Source: Candidatus Latescibacterota bacterium | GTDB taxonomy: Bacteria > Latescibacterota > UBA2968 | Assembly (NCBI GenBank): GCA_965205975.1 | Contig: OZ242195.1 | Location: forward strand, 3,136,001 to 3,200,000 | Reading direction: 5' to 3' | DNA length: 64,000 bases | Shown here: in pieces, positions 47,307 through 57,836 of the stretch | Numbering within the stretch: the stretch's first letter is position 1 | How the letters are laid out: every line of letters starts with the position of its first letter | Position numbers and translations under genes: made by a program | The notes under the pieces: generated by a model | Told to the model about the DNA's origin: nothing | What the model saw: only the letters and a program-made list of their open reading frames with translations | Databases searched by the model: none

Positions 47307-48896
47307 CTATTTTGTCAGCAACATCTTGCGCGTGACCACATCTGTCCCGGCTTGTAAGCGATACACATACAAGCCCGTACTCACCTGACGCCCAGCAGCA
47401 TCACGCCCATCCCACACGACCGTATAATTTCCCGTGGACTGGAACTGCTGAACCAGCAACCGAATTTCCTGCCCCAGTACATTGTAGATCGTCAATCGTA
47501 CATTCACTGCATCGCCCAAAGAATAGCGAATAGTCGTCGCTGGATTAAACGGATTCGGATGATTCTGATCCAATGAAGCTACAAAAGGATTGATAAAACG
47601 CACATCACCGTTCAAATTGACCTCATAAGTCACGCGGCTTCCGGGCACTATTGGAATACTGGACCACCTCGCAATGGTCGCACCATCTGCCGAACGCACG
47701 CGCGCCTGATACATGCCATTCACACGCCTCTGGTCATCCGCCATCACCCTCACCACAGCACGCCCCATCTCATCTGTCGTATTATGCCACGCATAATTGG
47801 GCACGCGACCGGCAATCGAGCGAGAAACCTCCACCGCCAAACCGCTCACATTGCCATCGCCTACAACCTGCACATCCACCAGACCAGCACCTTCGAACGC
47901 CGTATCGGACTCCAGGTAAATACCAGCACCCACAATAAAAACCCGACCGAAGATGTTAAGCGGGATCACATAGCTCTGCTTGGGCGATTGGGTGTCTTCA
48001 TCTCCTTCTATCGCCGGATTGTCCCAATAATACTTAACAAAACCGCCGCCCGCTGTCGCCGTCGCGATAATCTCCTGCACAATTTTGACCCCATTAACAT
48101 CTTCGACATCAATCATATTTTGCCCATAAGAACTCGGATCAGCGGTCCCGTGAAAGATCAATACACCGCTGGTATCTATCACAAAAATGTAGATCGAACC
48201 ATACTTGAAATCCTCTCCCTCGGTCCTGATTGCAGCCTGGACGGTTGCCAGATAGGGATAACCCTTTTCCTCAATAATGGGAACGAGAACTCTCAACCCC
48301 TCTACAAAAGCTTTCAGCGTTTCCTTATCCTTCACATCACGGGCTGTTACCTCCAGGATATCAAAGATATTTGGCTCCGCGTCAACGCCGGACAGATCCA
48401 TATAAAAGCCAGCAGCTACGATCAACTCGAGACCGCGTATAGTAACCGGAGCAGCGTAAGTCAGCTTGGGCGAATCGGCATCTCCTTCCACCGCTGGATC
48501 ATCCCAATAATACTCGACAAAACCGCCGCCGCCAGCGGCTGCGGCGAGCATATCCTGGACAACCTTAACGCCTCTGGCATCTTCGAGATCAAGTACATTT
48601 TTATCCTCAAACGTCACGTCGTCCCCGTGAAATTGCACGAGACCTTCGGAAGTCAATACCACGAGATACATCGAACCGGCCTTCCAATCTCCCTCGCTCC
48701 TGAACACCTCCACTAATCTCGAGACCTCAGCAAAGTTAGCGGCGCTCTCTAAGGAATCCTTTGCCCCTTCTACAAAAGCTTTCAGAGTCTCTCGGTCCAC
48801 CACCTCACTCGCCGTTACCTCCTGACCCTGTACAACGGCAGGATGCACGACAAAAAAGAGACTGGCCAGCCCCAAAATAATTATCAAATATTTCAC
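47307..48896 (-). CDS. Secreted protein with two Cache domains and a FlgD/T9SS-type C-terminal domain
   Basis: Two repeats (EVTA..V.D.ETLKAFVEG..GGGFV.YYWD.PA.EGD); tail QNHPNPFNPATTIRY..IYNVLGQ..WDGRD..G.Y.Y. Confidence 0.8.
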   Translation of the reverse strand: MKYLIIILGLASLFFVVHPAVVQGQEVTASEVVDRETLKAFVEGAKDSLESAANFAEVSRLVEVFRSEGDWKAGSMYLVVLTSEGLVQFHGDDVTFEDKNVLDLEDARGVKVVQDMLAAAAGGGGFVEYYWDDPAVEGDADSPKLTYAAPVTIRGLELIVAAGFYMDLSGVDAEPNIFDILEVTARDVKDKETLKAFVEGLRVLVPIIEEKGYPYLATVQAAIRTEGEDFKYGSIYIFVIDTSGVLIFHGTADPSSYGQNMIDVEDVNGVKIVQEIIATATAGGGFVKYYWDNPAIEGDEDTQSPKQSYVIPLNIFGRVFIVGAGIYLESDTAFEGAGLVDVQVVGDGNVSGLAVEVSRSIAGRVPNYAWHNTTDEMGRAVVRVMADDQRRVNGMYQARVRSADGATIARWSSIPIVPGSRVTYEVNLNGDVRFINPFVASLDQNHPNPFNPATTIRYSLGDAVNVRLTIYNVLGQEIRLLVQQFQSTGNYTVVWDGRDAAGRQVSTGLYVYRLQAGTDVVTRKMLLTK

Positions 48897-49911
48897 GATA
48901 GCCCCTCTCTGTAATCAGTTCGCTGGATTGCTGCAAAAGAAAAATAGGGGTGTGACCATAGAAAGTCAATAAAACCGCCAGCCCTGTCGCGAGCAAACAG
49001 GTAACAATCACAAAAACACACATACGGCGCATATCCCCGGTTTGGCCGCCCTCTGGATCATCCGCATCGCCCAACCACACATCTGTAACCCGCATTCCCC
49101 CCTGCCAAACAGGACCGACCAATCGCCTCTGCAAAGCGCCTGCAGCCGCAGCTTCGCTCCACCCGGAATTTGGCCCCGGAACAAGCGCGTGTTGCCGCCA
49201 CCCGATAAGCAGTGCCTTGCGGGCGGAACACCCGGGCATAAAAAACGCCACCAGCACCATCCCCAAATACGTCAAACGCGCCGGAATAAAATTGAGCACA
49301 TCGTCCAGCCGCGCCCCACACCAGCCAAAATAGCGATATTGCGGCGTCTTAAACCCCACCATAGAATCCATCGTACTGACCACCTTAAAAAGCACAACAC
49401 CCGGCAACCCCAGTATCGCGTACCAAAAAATGGGCGACACAAAACCATCCACAGCATTCTCGCTCAAACTCTCCATACCCGCACGTCGGCAAGCCGCAAA
49501 ATCCATCACATCGGTATCGCGTCCCACAAGCATAGACGCCGCCTCTCTCGCACGCTCCAGATCAGTAGCGCGATCAATCGCCAACCCGTGCTTGCACAAA
49601 TCTTTGAGCGCAAGCATAGAGTACAAAACAAAAACCTGGAAAATCCAACCCACCCCAGATTGGACATCATGCAACACAAAAACCAATGCACAGACAACCC
49701 CCACCCAAAACGCAGACAGCAAAAAAAACAGCAAACACCCACCTGCATAACCATCCAAACGCAAACCGCGAAGCAACCGCTCAAAAAAAGACAGCGTTGC
49801 CCCCATCAAACGAATGGGATGCAACGCATAAACCGGATCGCCAAAAAGACCATCCAAAACAACCGCACAAAGGAGCAAAACCGGATCCGGCCTAAGAATT
49901 GTTATGTCCAT
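48805..49911 (-). CDS. cbiB: Adenosylcobinamide-phosphate synthase
   Basis: GDP...HPIRLMG, VGRDT, ESLSEN.VDG, TMDSMVG, ARLDD..NFIPARL, PNSGW.EAA. Confidence 0.92.
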   Translation of the reverse strand: MDITILRPDPVLLLCAVVLDGLFGDPVYALHPIRLMGATLSFFERLLRGLRLDGYAGGCLLFFLLSAFWVGVVCALVFVLHDVQSGVGWIFQVFVLYSMLALKDLCKHGLAIDRATDLERAREAASMLVGRDTDVMDFAACRRAGMESLSENAVDGFVSPIFWYAILGLPGVVLFKVVSTMDSMVGFKTPQYRYFGWCGARLDDVLNFIPARLTYLGMVLVAFFMPGCSARKALLIGWRQHALVPGPNSGWSEAAAAGALQRRLVGPVWQGGMRVTDVWLGDADDPEGGQTGDMRRMCVFVIVTCLLATGLAVLLTFYGHTPIFLLQQSSELITERGYREIFDNYFGAGQSLFCRASCRCTGSGGNGE

Positions 49912-51020
49912 TTCAAATGCCATCCAAGCGCGAATGCATCGTAAACGACCTCCAAAAATGCGTTCTCATCCACACGCAACTGCTCGTAACACAACAACCA
50001 GACATCTGGTCTCGCCGCCAGCGAAGTCGCCAATATCGCTGCCTGTTGCCGCAACACCGGATCTGCCAGTTCCAGTGAAAGCGTCCCATACCGCACCCGG
50101 TCCCAAACCGCTGCAAACCCATACGCCGCCGCCGAAACGCGCGGTTCGTAAACAACAGACTTGAGATTCTTCTTCAACAACGCAAAATCACCCGCTTTTA
50201 GCCGTCTCTCCATCGCCGACAAAAAACGGTCCTCTCTAAACCCAAACCGCTGCAACGCATGAAAAACACTACGCGTATAAGACCCTTCCAAACCGTTTTG
50301 CCATCGCAGTGCCTCCAGCGTGGCCCTGCGCACAGACTTGCCGATCAACTCGCCCAATTTTGCGTGATGCCCCGCATTGGTCTTGGGCACCCGTGTCTTG
50401 TCCAAAGGCGCGGCAATACAGTACTGATCAGTACCCGTACCCGTTGCGAGATCCTGAGAATACCGACTCGAAATAGCGAGATCTCGAAGCGCGGCAGACT
50501 TCCCCTCGGTCATCGTCACCACTGCCCGCGCCATCGCCCCTGGCGTAAGCGGCCAATTGATCAACACCATCGCATTGATCGTACCCTCATAGAGATGGCG
50601 CCACCCCGCATCCTCCTCGTGCCAACTCGCCCCATCGCCCGCACACCCCGCATTGCCCTCAACACCTGCGGTAACAACCGCACACACGCGCAACTCGGCA
50701 TGCGTATCCACAACGCATGCCGCATAATTCATATTCGCAGCCGTACCCATCAGCGCAACCACGTCCGACGACAAACCACGTTCTGCACACACATGGCGAT
50801 GATACCCCACCTCGCCGAGTTGCTTAATCAACGCAAAACGCGCATCGTGCCCATTGCCCTCACAACTCTGGTGATTCACCAGATATCGGACACCCTCACA
50901 CAAACCACCGCGATATGCCGACGTACTCAGCACCTGATGCGGCACCAGCAATTCCGCGATCAAAAAACGGCCATCGCGCTTCAAATCGTAATATTCATGC
51001 CGATCGATAAACTCACCCAT
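49902..51020 (-). CDS. cbiZ: Adenosylcobinamide amidohydrolase
   Basis: MGTAANM, TAGVEGNA, GTIN, TEGKS, ATGTGTD. Confidence 0.88.
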   Translation of the reverse strand: MGEFIDRHEYYDLKRDGRFLIAELLVPHQVLSTSAYRGGLCEGVRYLVNHQSCEGNGHDARFALIKQLGEVGYHRHVCAERGLSSDVVALMGTAANMNYAACVVDTHAELRVCAVVTAGVEGNAGCAGDGASWHEEDAGWRHLYEGTINAMVLINWPLTPGAMARAVVTMTEGKSAALRDLAISSRYSQDLATGTGTDQYCIAAPLDKTRVPKTNAGHHAKLGELIGKSVRRATLEALRWQNGLEGSYTRSVFHALQRFGFREDRFLSAMERRLKAGDFALLKKNLKSVVYEPRVSAAAYGFAAVWDRVRYGTLSLELADPVLRQQAAILATSLAARPDVWLLCYEQLRVDENAFLEVVYDAFALGWHLKWT

Positions 51021-51021
51021 C

Positions 51022-51582
51022 TCAAAAATCAATCCCGGGTTGCGCAACAATACCCTGATCACTAAACGGATGCTTAATCTCCCGCATCTCGGTCACCATA
51101 TCGGCAAAATCAACCAGCTCATCGGGCGCATCCCGCCCCGTAATAATCACATGCAACATCTCGGGCTTGTGCTCCCGCAGCCAATCCACCACCTCTGTTG
51201 CATCCAACCATCCAAAAGCCATCAAATACGTAAACTCGTCCAGAATAAACAGATCGTAATTCCCGCTAACAATCCGCTCCTGCGCCACTTCCCAACCGCG
51301 CAATGCCCGAGCCTGTGTCTCATCGATATCCTTACTCGTCCACGTCCACCCATCACCCGTACCAATCCAATCAATCTCCATGCGCCTGGCCGCGCGAATC
51401 TCGCCAAAATTGGCATTCTCGTGCTTCAAAAACTGAATTACGCCCACGTGCATCTTGCGCCCCCATGCGCGGGTCATCACCCCCAGCGCCGCAGTGGTCT
51501 TGCCCTTGCCATCTCCGGTATTGACCATCACCAGACCCTTTTTCACATGCCGCTTGCGCTCTGTCTCTTTTTTGGCACTCAT
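51022..51582 (-). CDS. cobO: Corrinoid adenosyltransferase (CobO/BtuR)
   Basis: [34 protein letters not shown]. Confidence 0.95.
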   Translation of the reverse strand: MSAKKETERKRHVKKGLVMVNTGDGKGKTTAALGVMTRAWGRKMHVGVIQFLKHENANFGEIRAARRMEIDWIGTGDGWTWTSKDIDETQARALRGWEVAQERIVSGNYDLFILDEFTYLMAFGWLDATEVVDWLREHKPEMLHVIITGRDAPDELVDFADMVTEMREIKHPFSDQGIVAQPGIDF

Positions 51583-51601
51583 AAAAACCTCTCTTTTGGA
51601 T

Positions 51602-51638
51602 CGCGGATTACGCGGATGAACGGATGAACGCGGATGAA
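51602..51638. repeat. Decamer-family repeat
   Basis: cgcggattacgcggatgaacggatgaacgcggatgaa. Confidence 0.6.
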
Positions 51639-51644
51639 GGCTTT

Positions 51645-52877
51645 TTATTCACCTTCAAATTCCGAAACAAAAATCAGAAAATCGAGAAAATCGACCGAAC
51701 CATTGCCATTCAAATCGAACATGGCATCACTCGCTGATTTCCCAAACGCGGAAGCAAAAGCCAAAAAATCGCTAAAATCAACCACACAATCGCCATTAAA
51801 ATCAGCCACACTGCCCACAAATGCAATACTCACGGGCAACAGCCCTGTACTGATCGGACCGGCCACAAGCTCATCCGTCTTCACATCATAAACCCTCACG
51901 CCAACGGCTGCCGGATCCACAAAACTCCCTTGATCCAAAACGTACAACCGTCCCCCAAATATCCCCAGACTCGGAACAAAACCCCCGGTCAAACCATCCA
52001 GAGGTGACGACACAGACTGCATCGCCAAATCAAATCGTTTGACCGCATTGACAAAACTCGCATTCAGAACAACGACATACCCTTCACCATCCGAAACCAT
52101 CGCCAGAGAACTCAGATTACCACCAAAAGTCCCCTCGCCAATAACAACGCCTTCGCTCCTCAAATTTGCCAGATCAATCACCTCAATCCCGCCATCCGTC
52201 AAATCATCAAATGTATTGACCGCGCTCAAAAACCACTTATTTCCTCGCTGCATAGCGCCCGCGGGATTCTTACCCGCCATCACAATCCCCTGCACACCCG
52301 CTGTATTTGCATCCACATCCACCACCTGATCCGTCATCACATCGACAACCGCAATCACCGAAACATCCGTCGGCACCCACCCATTATCTCGATCCAGCCG
52401 CTGACACGCCGCAAACAAATAATTGCCGTACAACGCGAACTGAGATACTTCGGGCAAACCATCTGCATCCGCAAAACCCGATAAATCCACCGCACCCAAT
52501 GAATCGCCCGTAACGGGATTTACAATCAGCAAATGCGTGCGCTCATACCGCGAAATATACGCTTTCTCCTCGCTGACAAAAGCCATATCGTGCGGATTTG
52601 AACCATTGCCCGTCGAATACTGCGTCAATGGCGTCTTCAGATCACTGCGATTCAAAACAATCACATTATCCTGTCCCAGCCGATTGATAATATACACCTT
52701 ATCCCGATACGTCCTCACCGTCGCATCCGAGTGAATAGTCAAATGATCATTTGTTGCCGTATTTGTACTCAGATCCAGACTCGAAAAACTGCCACTGCTA
52801 TAATCCGTCGTCGTAATAACTGCTTGATTTGCCAGCGCATCTGTTGCAAAAAACAGAACAACTAAAAACCACCTCAT
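51645..52877 (-). CDS. Secreted beta-propeller protein (BtuG-like) with dockerin/EF-hand tail
   Basis: [18 protein letters not shown] propeller blades; tail [28 protein letters not shown]. Confidence 0.7.
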   Translation of the reverse strand: MRWFLVVLFFATDALANQAVITTTDYSSGSFSSLDLSTNTATNDHLTIHSDATVRTYRDKVYIINRLGQDNVIVLNRSDLKTPLTQYSTGNGSNPHDMAFVSEEKAYISRYERTHLLIVNPVTGDSLGAVDLSGFADADGLPEVSQFALYGNYLFAACQRLDRDNGWVPTDVSVIAVVDVMTDQVVDVDANTAGVQGIVMAGKNPAGAMQRGNKWFLSAVNTFDDLTDGGIEVIDLANLRSEGVVIGEGTFGGNLSSLAMVSDGEGYVVVLNASFVNAVKRFDLAMQSVSSPLDGLTGGFVPSLGIFGGRLYVLDQGSFVDPAAVGVRVYDVKTDELVAGPISTGLLPVSIAFVGSVADFNGDCVVDFSDFLAFASAFGKSASDAMFDLNGNGSVDFLDFLIFVSEFEGE

Positions 52878-52913
52878 TACATCCTCCTGTAATAAAAAGA
52901 ACCTTTCATCCAC

Positions 52914-55109
52914 CTAATCTGCATTCACACTCACAAAAAACGCACGCCCTGGCAGCGGATAACCCCAGGTATCGGCTATTTGTGCCCCCGTTAAATTTTT
53001 AACCTCCAATCCAATGTGAAATCGCAGCCCCGTATCCACTTTCACACCCGCATTGTGAACATGCCGCGATAATAGCGGGCGTCGATTCGCCTGATCGAGA
53101 AAATTGCCATCTTCAAATGCATAATCGTAAAACGCAGTACAGCGTCCCAGACGCATTGTCGCGCGAACAAACAGCGCGTGTGGCGGGCGATTGGGCAAAA
53201 TATTGCCAGCCAAATGGGGAATATTGGATTTATCGGTAGCTTTCTGATACGTGTAATTACCCGACAAATCGCCCCGAGAACCAAAGCGTCTCTGCGCGGT
53301 CAATTCAAACCCATACACACGCGCTTTGCCAATATTCACCGGACGCGACGTAGCCTGTGACGTATGCACAAATTGAATCAAATCCTCATAGCGATGGTCA
53401 AAAAACGCGCCCTCCAAAGTGGTCATCCCATCTGCATAACGCAAACCCGCATCCCACGTAAGCCCATACTCCGGTCGGAGATTGACATTGCCGACCACAC
53501 CGCCGCGATCCCCAAAAAGCTCGTAAAAAGAAGGCACTCGAAATATTCGCCCCGCATTGGCCTTAAACATCAGATGAGATGCCAGATCCAACCGCACCCC
53601 CGAACGCAAACTGGTCAGATCGCGCGTATTGGCCGAATCGGGCGCGAGCGGCGAAAAATTAAAAGGATTGGCACCCGTAAACGAACTGTATATCCGCCGC
53701 TGCTCCGCGCCAAAAGACCAGATCCCAATCTCGCCCGGCAGCGAAATATCGAGACCCGTGCGCGCGACAAAAACCCACCGCTGACTATCGAACAAATTGG
53801 AAATAGACCGAAGACGCGCCGTCGGCAAATAAGTCTCCCGGTGCAACCCAATCGCAGCCGCAATATCACAGCGCGAAAACAAAACCGTTTGCAAACGCCC
53901 CTGCCATCCATAAGTGCGCGTACGATAATCGTTATCCTGGCGACCAATCCCAACTTCGCCATCCAGATCGCGGAACCCCTCTTTGACATGCGTGACATAA
54001 AGCGATTGTCGCATATTCACGCCCCGCAACAGAACGCGATCTTCATAAGCGACTTCCGTCATCGTTTGGAAAGCATCCAGATGTGCATTCTGCGACTGAT
54101 TATTGCTAATACCGGGCATACCCTGATATTTCCAGTACGCGGACTCGTGGATGGATAAAATTCTATCCTCCCCAAAATCGCGACGCCATTTGCCCAACAG
54201 ATTGAAAGACCGGTGATCGTTATTCTGACGCCTGCTCCAAACATCGTCATCGGCATTGTATTCCGTGCCATTATCATCGAGAAAACCAAAATCGTTATCG
54301 CTATGTGCATAATCAGCCACCACGAGAAACTCCGACTGACCAAACCCGCCCGCGAACACGCCACTCAACAACCGCGTATCAAAAGCACCCCACGACCCGC
54401 GAATCCCGTGAAACCATCGCCTCTGCATCCGCCGCGTCCGCACATGCACCGTGCCCCCCAGACCATTGCCGCCAGCACCTGCACCGCGATACACCTCAAT
54501 CTGCCCGACATGAGCCAAAGGCAAATTGCTGAGATCTACCCCCCCGCCAAAAGCTGTATTGAGCAAAATGCCATCGAGATAGACCTCAACCTGATCGGCT
54601 GATGAACCCCGCAACGAAAGCGTGCTAAAAGTACCCAATCCACCCAAGCGTTTGACATGCACACCCGTAGCTTCGGCCAACACATCGGGCAAAGACGTCT
54701 CCCGACCCTCAAAACTCTCGCGCGTAATAACCGTCGCATACGCCGGATTCCTGTGAATATCACTGGCCCCGATCGGATCGGCAATCACCGAAAACTCATC
54801 GAGCGGAAGCGTCCTATGAGACAGCGCAATAAACACCTCCGTCGTCTCCACCACGCGAACCGTGCGTCGCCCTACCTCATAAGCCACATGTGTCATGACG
54901 ACCGTATAAGAACCGGGCATCAGATCGGCAAAAGCAAAGTGCCCATCCCCATCCGTCTGCGTCACAAAATCCGTATTGAGAATACTAACACGCACACTTG
55001 CGATGGGCATTCGGCTCTCCACATCAATAACGCGACCCGTAATCTCCGCGCCCCAAAGCGGCGCATTCGCGCAGAAAATCAAAAAAACTAAAAAACGCAT
55101 CGTTTTCAT
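52914..55109 (-). CDS. btuB: TonB-dependent cobalamin receptor
   Basis: SLRGS...V.V.LDG plug, IEVYRG, R.PSFYEL, YPLPGR; under a B12 riboswitch. Confidence 0.8.
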   Translation of the reverse strand: MKTMRFLVFLIFCANAPLWGAEITGRVIDVESRMPIASVRVSILNTDFVTQTDGDGHFAFADLMPGSYTVVMTHVAYEVGRRTVRVVETTEVFIALSHRTLPLDEFSVIADPIGASDIHRNPAYATVITRESFEGRETSLPDVLAEATGVHVKRLGGLGTFSTLSLRGSSADQVEVYLDGILLNTAFGGGVDLSNLPLAHVGQIEVYRGAGAGGNGLGGTVHVRTRRMQRRWFHGIRGSWGAFDTRLLSGVFAGGFGQSEFLVVADYAHSDNDFGFLDDNGTEYNADDDVWSRRQNNDHRSFNLLGKWRRDFGEDRILSIHESAYWKYQGMPGISNNQSQNAHLDAFQTMTEVAYEDRVLLRGVNMRQSLYVTHVKEGFRDLDGEVGIGRQDNDYRTRTYGWQGRLQTVLFSRCDIAAAIGLHRETYLPTARLRSISNLFDSQRWVFVARTGLDISLPGEIGIWSFGAEQRRIYSSFTGANPFNFSPLAPDSANTRDLTSLRSGVRLDLASHLMFKANAGRIFRVPSFYELFGDRGGVVGNVNLRPEYGLTWDAGLRYADGMTTLEGAFFDHRYEDLIQFVHTSQATSRPVNIGKARVYGFELTAQRRFGSRGDLSGNYTYQKATDKSNIPHLAGNILPNRPPHALFVRATMRLGRCTAFYDYAFEDGNFLDQANRRPLLSRHVHNAGVKVDTGLRFHIGLEVKNLTGAQIADTWGYPLPGRAFFVSVNAD

Positions 55110-55112
55110 AAG

Positions 55113-56222
55113 CTATGGATCCAGCTTTCGATAGTACTTGAGTTGATGATCTGGCAACAAGTGAGGATGTAAAATTTTAATAATATCCGCCAACACAACA
55201 TCCGGCTCAATCAGCCCTGTCTCCCAATAATCATTGCCCCCATGTGCATTCAGACGCGCATTGGCATTGAAAACATTCCCGTTCTCGAACGCCGTGAATT
55301 TTTTGTACCGCTCGTCCTCGGCGACAACATCGCCCCGAGAGTACCACTCATTTCTCATCGTAATCCAGCAATTCGCATCGTGTGCCTTTTCGTAAACCGT
55401 TTCAAAATCGAGCGCCAAACCCTGTTGTGAATCATCATCTCCCCACAGATAATTTGCCCCCGCGTCCCTCAGCAACTGCGCGGCATAAGTCTTGCCCCCC
55501 GACATAAACCAGGTCCCCCGCCAGAGAGACCCTACAAAAACAGCGGGACGCTTATCCACCGGCAAACTCTGCGTCAGTGCTCTATGCACCTCATACCTCA
55601 CAACAATGCTATCAAATTGAGCCGATGCCTGTTCTTCTTTATGAAAAAAAGCACCCACAAATTTGATCCACTCCACGCGCCCCAGCAAAGAGGGTTCTGC
55701 ATAAGCAGCATTCACCACAACAGGTACACCCGCTTCTTGAAGCGCGAGAAGGGAATTATCTTGCGCTTGCGAATCTGTCATAACGAGATCGGGTTGGAGC
55801 ACCAGAACTTTTTCCAAATCAATAGACCTATCTCTTCCAACCTCGACCAGCTCACCCGCTGCAAAGCGCCGGTTGACAGCTTCTGAACTGACGTATTTGA
55901 TATTATCAATTCCAACCAGACTATGCACCTCACCGAGCTTTTCGAGATGCGGCAAATGCGTCGTGGATGTCGCAATCACAGTTCGCACGGGAATTTCTAT
56001 TCTCGGAACGCCTTCATAGCCATCGGGCGACTCGTGCCCGCGCTGCACCAGGACATACTGAACCTTTTCCCGCTCTCCACCCCCGGGCGCGAGCACTGTT
56101 ACAACCCTGTAATCATCGAAATAATCAACGCGAAAACCCTGCGCATATTGCAGAGACAATTGCGCCTGAGCAGGTATAGCCCAAACCCCGATACAACATA
56201 TCATCCATATTTTCAGATTCAC
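55113..56222 (-). CDS. ABC substrate-binding protein (BtuF-like)
   Basis: STTH, E..L.LQPDLV, LGRVEWIKF, DAGANYLW, PD.VL.D; GAGG plus GTG start downstream of a terminator. Confidence 0.85.
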   Translation of the reverse strand: MNLKIWMICCIGVWAIPAQAQLSLQYAQGFRVDYFDDYRVVTVLAPGGGEREKVQYVLVQRGHESPDGYEGVPRIEIPVRTVIATSTTHLPHLEKLGEVHSLVGIDNIKYVSSEAVNRRFAAGELVEVGRDRSIDLEKVLVLQPDLVMTDSQAQDNSLLALQEAGVPVVVNAAYAEPSLLGRVEWIKFVGAFFHKEEQASAQFDSIVVRYEVHRALTQSLPVDKRPAVFVGSLWRGTWFMSGGKTYAAQLLRDAGANYLWGDDDSQQGLALDFETVYEKAHDANCWITMRNEWYSRGDVVAEDERYKKFTAFENGNVFNANARLNAHGGNDYWETGLIEPDVVLADIIKILHPHLLPDHQLKYYRKLDP

Positions 56223-56234
56223 ACACACCTCGCA

Positions 56235-56272
56235 CAAAAAAATCCCCGATTTCCTTGTAGAAATCAGGGACA
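56235..56272 (-). terminator. Riboswitch expression-platform terminator
   Basis: tccctgatttc-tacaag-gaaatcgggga, then a U-tract. Confidence 0.7.
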
Positions 56273-56356
56273 TAGCTAAACGCGACAAAACCATATACAA
56301 AGCGCACGCATTATCTCACCTTTTTCCCAATCCACGAGGAAATCAATAAGGTCTTA

Positions 56357-56503
56357 GATTCAGGCAGGTCTTCTGGCTTCTGGGTCTCGTGCTTCTCGCG
56401 CCTTCCCGGTTTTTACCAGTGACGTAATGTGAGAAACATCCCCAGTTACAGCGGCGGGACCGCAACGGAATTTCACCGTTTTCCCTATACTGCAACCTGA
56501 ATT
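56357..56503 (-). ncRNA. Cobalamin riboswitch
   Basis: agggaaaacggtgaaattccg..gcggtcccgccgctgta..cactgg..gggaagg..agccagaagacctgcc (B12 box). Confidence 0.95.
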
Positions 56504-56527
56504 CGAGAGTACAAATTTAATTTTTTA

Positions 56528-56770
56528 CTATAATACAACTTCCTCCACTGAAAGACCGCGATCTTTGAGATACGGTAAAAGACCTTTTTTATTCACCGTT
56601 CGCAGTGCGCGGGCAGAAAGTTTAATACGCACAAAGCGACCCAGTTCGGGAACGTAAATGCGCTTGCTCTTCAAATTGGGTTTCTGCACCCGCTTGACTC
56701 TTCGTTTGGAGTGGGACACATGATTGCCACTCAGCGGTCCCCTACCCGTAATACTACAACGTCTGGCCAT
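56528..56770 (-). CDS. rpmB: 50S ribosomal protein L28
   Basis: MARRCSITG....GNHVSHS..R.KR...PNL. Confidence 0.95.
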   Translation of the reverse strand: MARRCSITGRGPLSGNHVSHSKRRVKRVQKPNLKSKRIYVPELGRFVRIKLSARALRTVNKKGLLPYLKDRGLSVEEVVL

Positions 56771-56794
56771 GGGAAAATCCTCTTATATTTTTCG

Positions 56795-56959
56795 CTATCT
56801 ATCTTCCCGATAAAGCACATGCTTCCGCAGTATGGGATCGAACTTCTTCAATTCCAGACGATCGGGATGATTCTGTCGATTTTTTTCAGTATGATAATGG
56901 TGCGAACTCTCTGTACTTTTCATTTTAATGAGTACGCGGCTGCCCTGTCGCTTAGCCAT
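56795..56959 (-). CDS. rpmG: 50S ribosomal protein L33, Cys-free form (not in the ORF track)
   Basis: [62 protein letters not shown]. Confidence 0.93.
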   Translation of the reverse strand: MAKRQGSRVLIKMKSTESSHHYHTEKNRQNHPDRLELKKFDPILRKHVLYREDR

Positions 56960-57153
56960 ATCTACCTCCAGTATCTTTATTCGTTAAACCGCCAACACGC
57001 GGCGGGGCAAGAAATTGGAATATACAGTGTTACCACTATAACATCAAGGAATTTGTATTATTTTTAGTCACAGTCAAAATCCAGTTGGCAAAAACAGATC
57101 CTATTCGCTATCATACAGTTTGCGTTTCCAAACACTTAATATAGGAGAGAACA

Positions 57154-57504
57154 ATGGCCGAAGAAACGATCTTTAGCAAAATTATTCGACGCGAAATCAA
57201 CGCAGACATCGTCTATCAAGACGACCTGGTAACCGCATTTCGAGACATCAATCCCCAGGCACCCACCCACGTATTAATTGTTCCGAATAAATTGATCCCA
57301 ACAATCAATGACGTAACAAAAGAAGACGAACCCGCACTCGGGCGCATGATAACTGTAGCGGCAAAAATCGCAGCAGATGAGAGCATCTCAGAAGACGGGT
57401 ATCGCCTCATTATCAACTGCAATCGCGACGGAGGCCAGGAAGTGTATCACATCCACATGCATCTGCTCGGCGGACGACCTCTGGGCAGGATGTTGGCGAG
57501 GTAA
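57154..57504 (+). CDS. hinT: HIT-family nucleotide phosphoramidase
   Basis: [25 protein letters not shown]. Confidence 0.93.
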   Translation: MAEETIFSKIIRREINADIVYQDDLVTAFRDINPQAPTHVLIVPNKLIPTINDVTKEDEPALGRMITVAAKIAADESISEDGYRLIINCNRDGGQEVYHIHMHLLGGRPLGRMLAR

Positions 57505-57508
57505 AAAA

Positions 57509-57784
57509 TCATTGATCAGAAGGCGGAGGAACCGGATCGTACCCACCTTTGGCAAACGGACGACAGCGCAAAATACGTCGTATCGCAAGAGAAAGAGCAT
57601 ACGGGAAGGGATGCTGGCGAAAAGCCTCAAGGGCATAATGCGAACATGTGGGTTGATATCGGCATGGACTGGGCGCAATAGCAAAAAAGCGCATCAGAGG
57701 CGACAGCACGTATTGATAGCCCTTGATAAGCACACACGCGGTGGTGGAAAACACTCTATCGACAATTTTTATAGGATTGACCAT
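57509..57784 (-). CDS. yidD: Membrane protein insertion efficiency factor
   Basis: YQ...[25 protein letters not shown]. Confidence 0.92.
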   Translation of the reverse strand: MVNPIKIVDRVFSTTACVLIKGYQYVLSPLMRFFAIAPSPCRYQPTCSHYALEAFRQHPFPYALSLAIRRILRCRPFAKGGYDPVPPPSDQ

Positions 57785-57836
57785 TTTGCATTTTGAGGTA
57801 TATTAGGCGGAACTTTTTCATACGACGGAGAACAGA

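Noticed and set aside
55113..56300. btuF start at 56300
   Set aside because: It would span the riboswitch terminator; the RBS-supported GTG is at 56222.
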